A stretch of 63,642 nucleotides of DNA, filler included, from Octopus bimaculoides (lineage: Eukaryota): assembly GCF_001194135.2 (NCBI RefSeq). It is 5 parts of 5 records of this genome, joined end to end, with 100 filler letters (N's around TTAATTAATTAA, not from the genome) between each part and the next. Parts side by side here need not be neighbours in the genome. Positions count along the whole stretch, not along the records: positions 60,184 to 63,642 come from NC_068982.1; 4 more parts are not named here. The stretch is one strand, 5' to 3'. The notes under the pieces are model-generated. The model had not been told where the DNA came from. It worked only from the letters and a program-made list of their open reading frames with translations, and ran no database searches. Of the stretch, positions 62,600 through 63,642 are shown one piece after another; position 1 is the first letter of the stretch, and every line of letters begins with the position of its first letter. The translations under genes were made by a program, and so were the position numbers.

Positions 62600-62986
62600 T
62601 GTTGTTGGCACTCCGTCGCTTACGATGTTGAGGGTTCCAGTTGATCCGATCAACGGAACAGCCTGCTCGTGAAATTAACGTGCAAGTGGCTGAGCACTCC
62701 ACAGACACGTGTACCCTCAAAGTAGTTCTCGGGGATATTCAGCGTGACACAGTGTGACAAGGCTGGCCCTTTGAAATACAGGTACAACAGAAACAGAAAC
62801 AGAAAGAGTGAGAGAAAGTTGTGGTGAAAGACTACAGCAGGGTTCGCCACCACCCCCTGCCGGAGCCTCGTGGAGCTTTAGGTGTTTTCGCTCAATAAAC
62901 ATTCACAATGCCCAGTCTGGGAATCGAAACTGCGATCTTATGACCGCGAGCCAGCTGCCCTAACCACTAGGCCATAGCGCCTCCAC
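62600..62986 (-). mobile_element. SINE family B, full length
   Basis: ttgttggcactccgtcgcttacg...gcgcctccac, with a degenerate TSD (ggggattggattg / ggggaagggattg). It lies just downstream of the chitin-binding exon's stop codon. Confidence 0.92.
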
Positions 62987-63159
62987 GGGGGAAGGGATTG
63001 CATGGATAAATAATAAAAAAACAATAATAGTTGGCTACGCCAATATTGAAAGAGATAAGGGCGGCATATGATATGAGGCTGGAAGAAATCCTANNNNNNN
63101 NNNGTATGTGTGCATCTGTGTGCATGCATGTATGTATGTGTATGGATGTATGTGTTGTA

Positions 63160-63478
63160 TTAGCGCTCAAGTGGAAGGTATTCCGGTATACAGCAGGTCA
63201 ATATGTCATTACACCATACTGTCTTATTTTTACATGCCTTACGAAATTCTCGGCCATCTATCGTACACTGTATAAAGGCCGTCGGGTCCTCAATGCAGCC
63301 AAAGTAGAATTCTCTTGCTGGGTAATTTAGCTTCCGGTTTTTGGGTTTGCAATGTTTGACATTAGATTTGCATACAATGGCGCGGTTGTTGATGCAAGCT
63401 TTCAAATTGGCATTGAATACTGTGTCGGGAAGACATCTACCTTTCTTCGGGGGGTAAGTTTTATCACAAATTATGAAT
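63160..63478 (-). CDS. Terminal coding exon of a chitin-binding type-2 (peritrophin-A/CBM14) domain protein; upstream exons lie beyond the window end
   Basis: Strong minus-strand acceptor (tttttatctctattttcctgatttccag|A, AG at 63479-63480). Phase-2 reading gives FIICDKTYPPKKGRCLPDTVFNANLKACINNRAIVC (C-x10-C-x12-C-x7-C, CBM14 spacing). It continues with KSNVKHCKPK...GCIEDPTAFIQCTIDGREFRKACKNKTVWCNDILTCCIPEYLPLER*. The exon is 319 bp (1+106 codons), with no stops or frameshifts. Confidence 0.75.
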
Positions 63479-63587
63479 CTGGAAATCAGGAAAATAGAGA
63501 TAAAAATATTTTAAGCAATGACCTGAGTATGTTTGAAGGTGCAATACTCAAAAACACACACACACATTCTCTCTTTCTTTCTCTCTT

Positions 63588-63642
<55 letters not shown>

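Overview
This is a gappy, AT-rich animal genome scaffold. The tRNA-derived SINE families, the microsatellite load and the TE remnants look like an Octopus (coleoid cephalopod) genome; that is an inference, not a database result. Most of the window is intron or intergenic DNA made of SINEs (at least 5 families), microsatellites and decayed transposons: Tx1/L1, CR1-like, RTE, Penelope, two Gypsy pol remnants plus two related LTRs, mariner, PIF/Harbinger, a Helitron end and a MITE. Most ORF-track entries are N-gap or microsatellite artefacts. The best host-gene evidence is on the minus strand. One is a spliced terminal exon encoding chitin-binding type-2 (peritrophin-A/CBM14) domains (63160-63478). 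The other is a clean phase-1/phase-1 exon (15894-16016) with a phase-compatible candidate last exon (10131-10207) of an unrecognised protein. The most unusual signals are: a tRNA-headed SINE whose 3' part carries a Penelope-type minimal hammerhead ribozyme (13044-13087); a second decayed hammerhead (6755-6812); a hierarchical, hairpin-rich tandem array (20677-23470); a fold-back MITE with a telomere-repeat loop (24726-24977); and an RTE LINE ending in tandem C2H2 zinc fingers. All protein calls come from manual translation and motif recognition; no searches were run.
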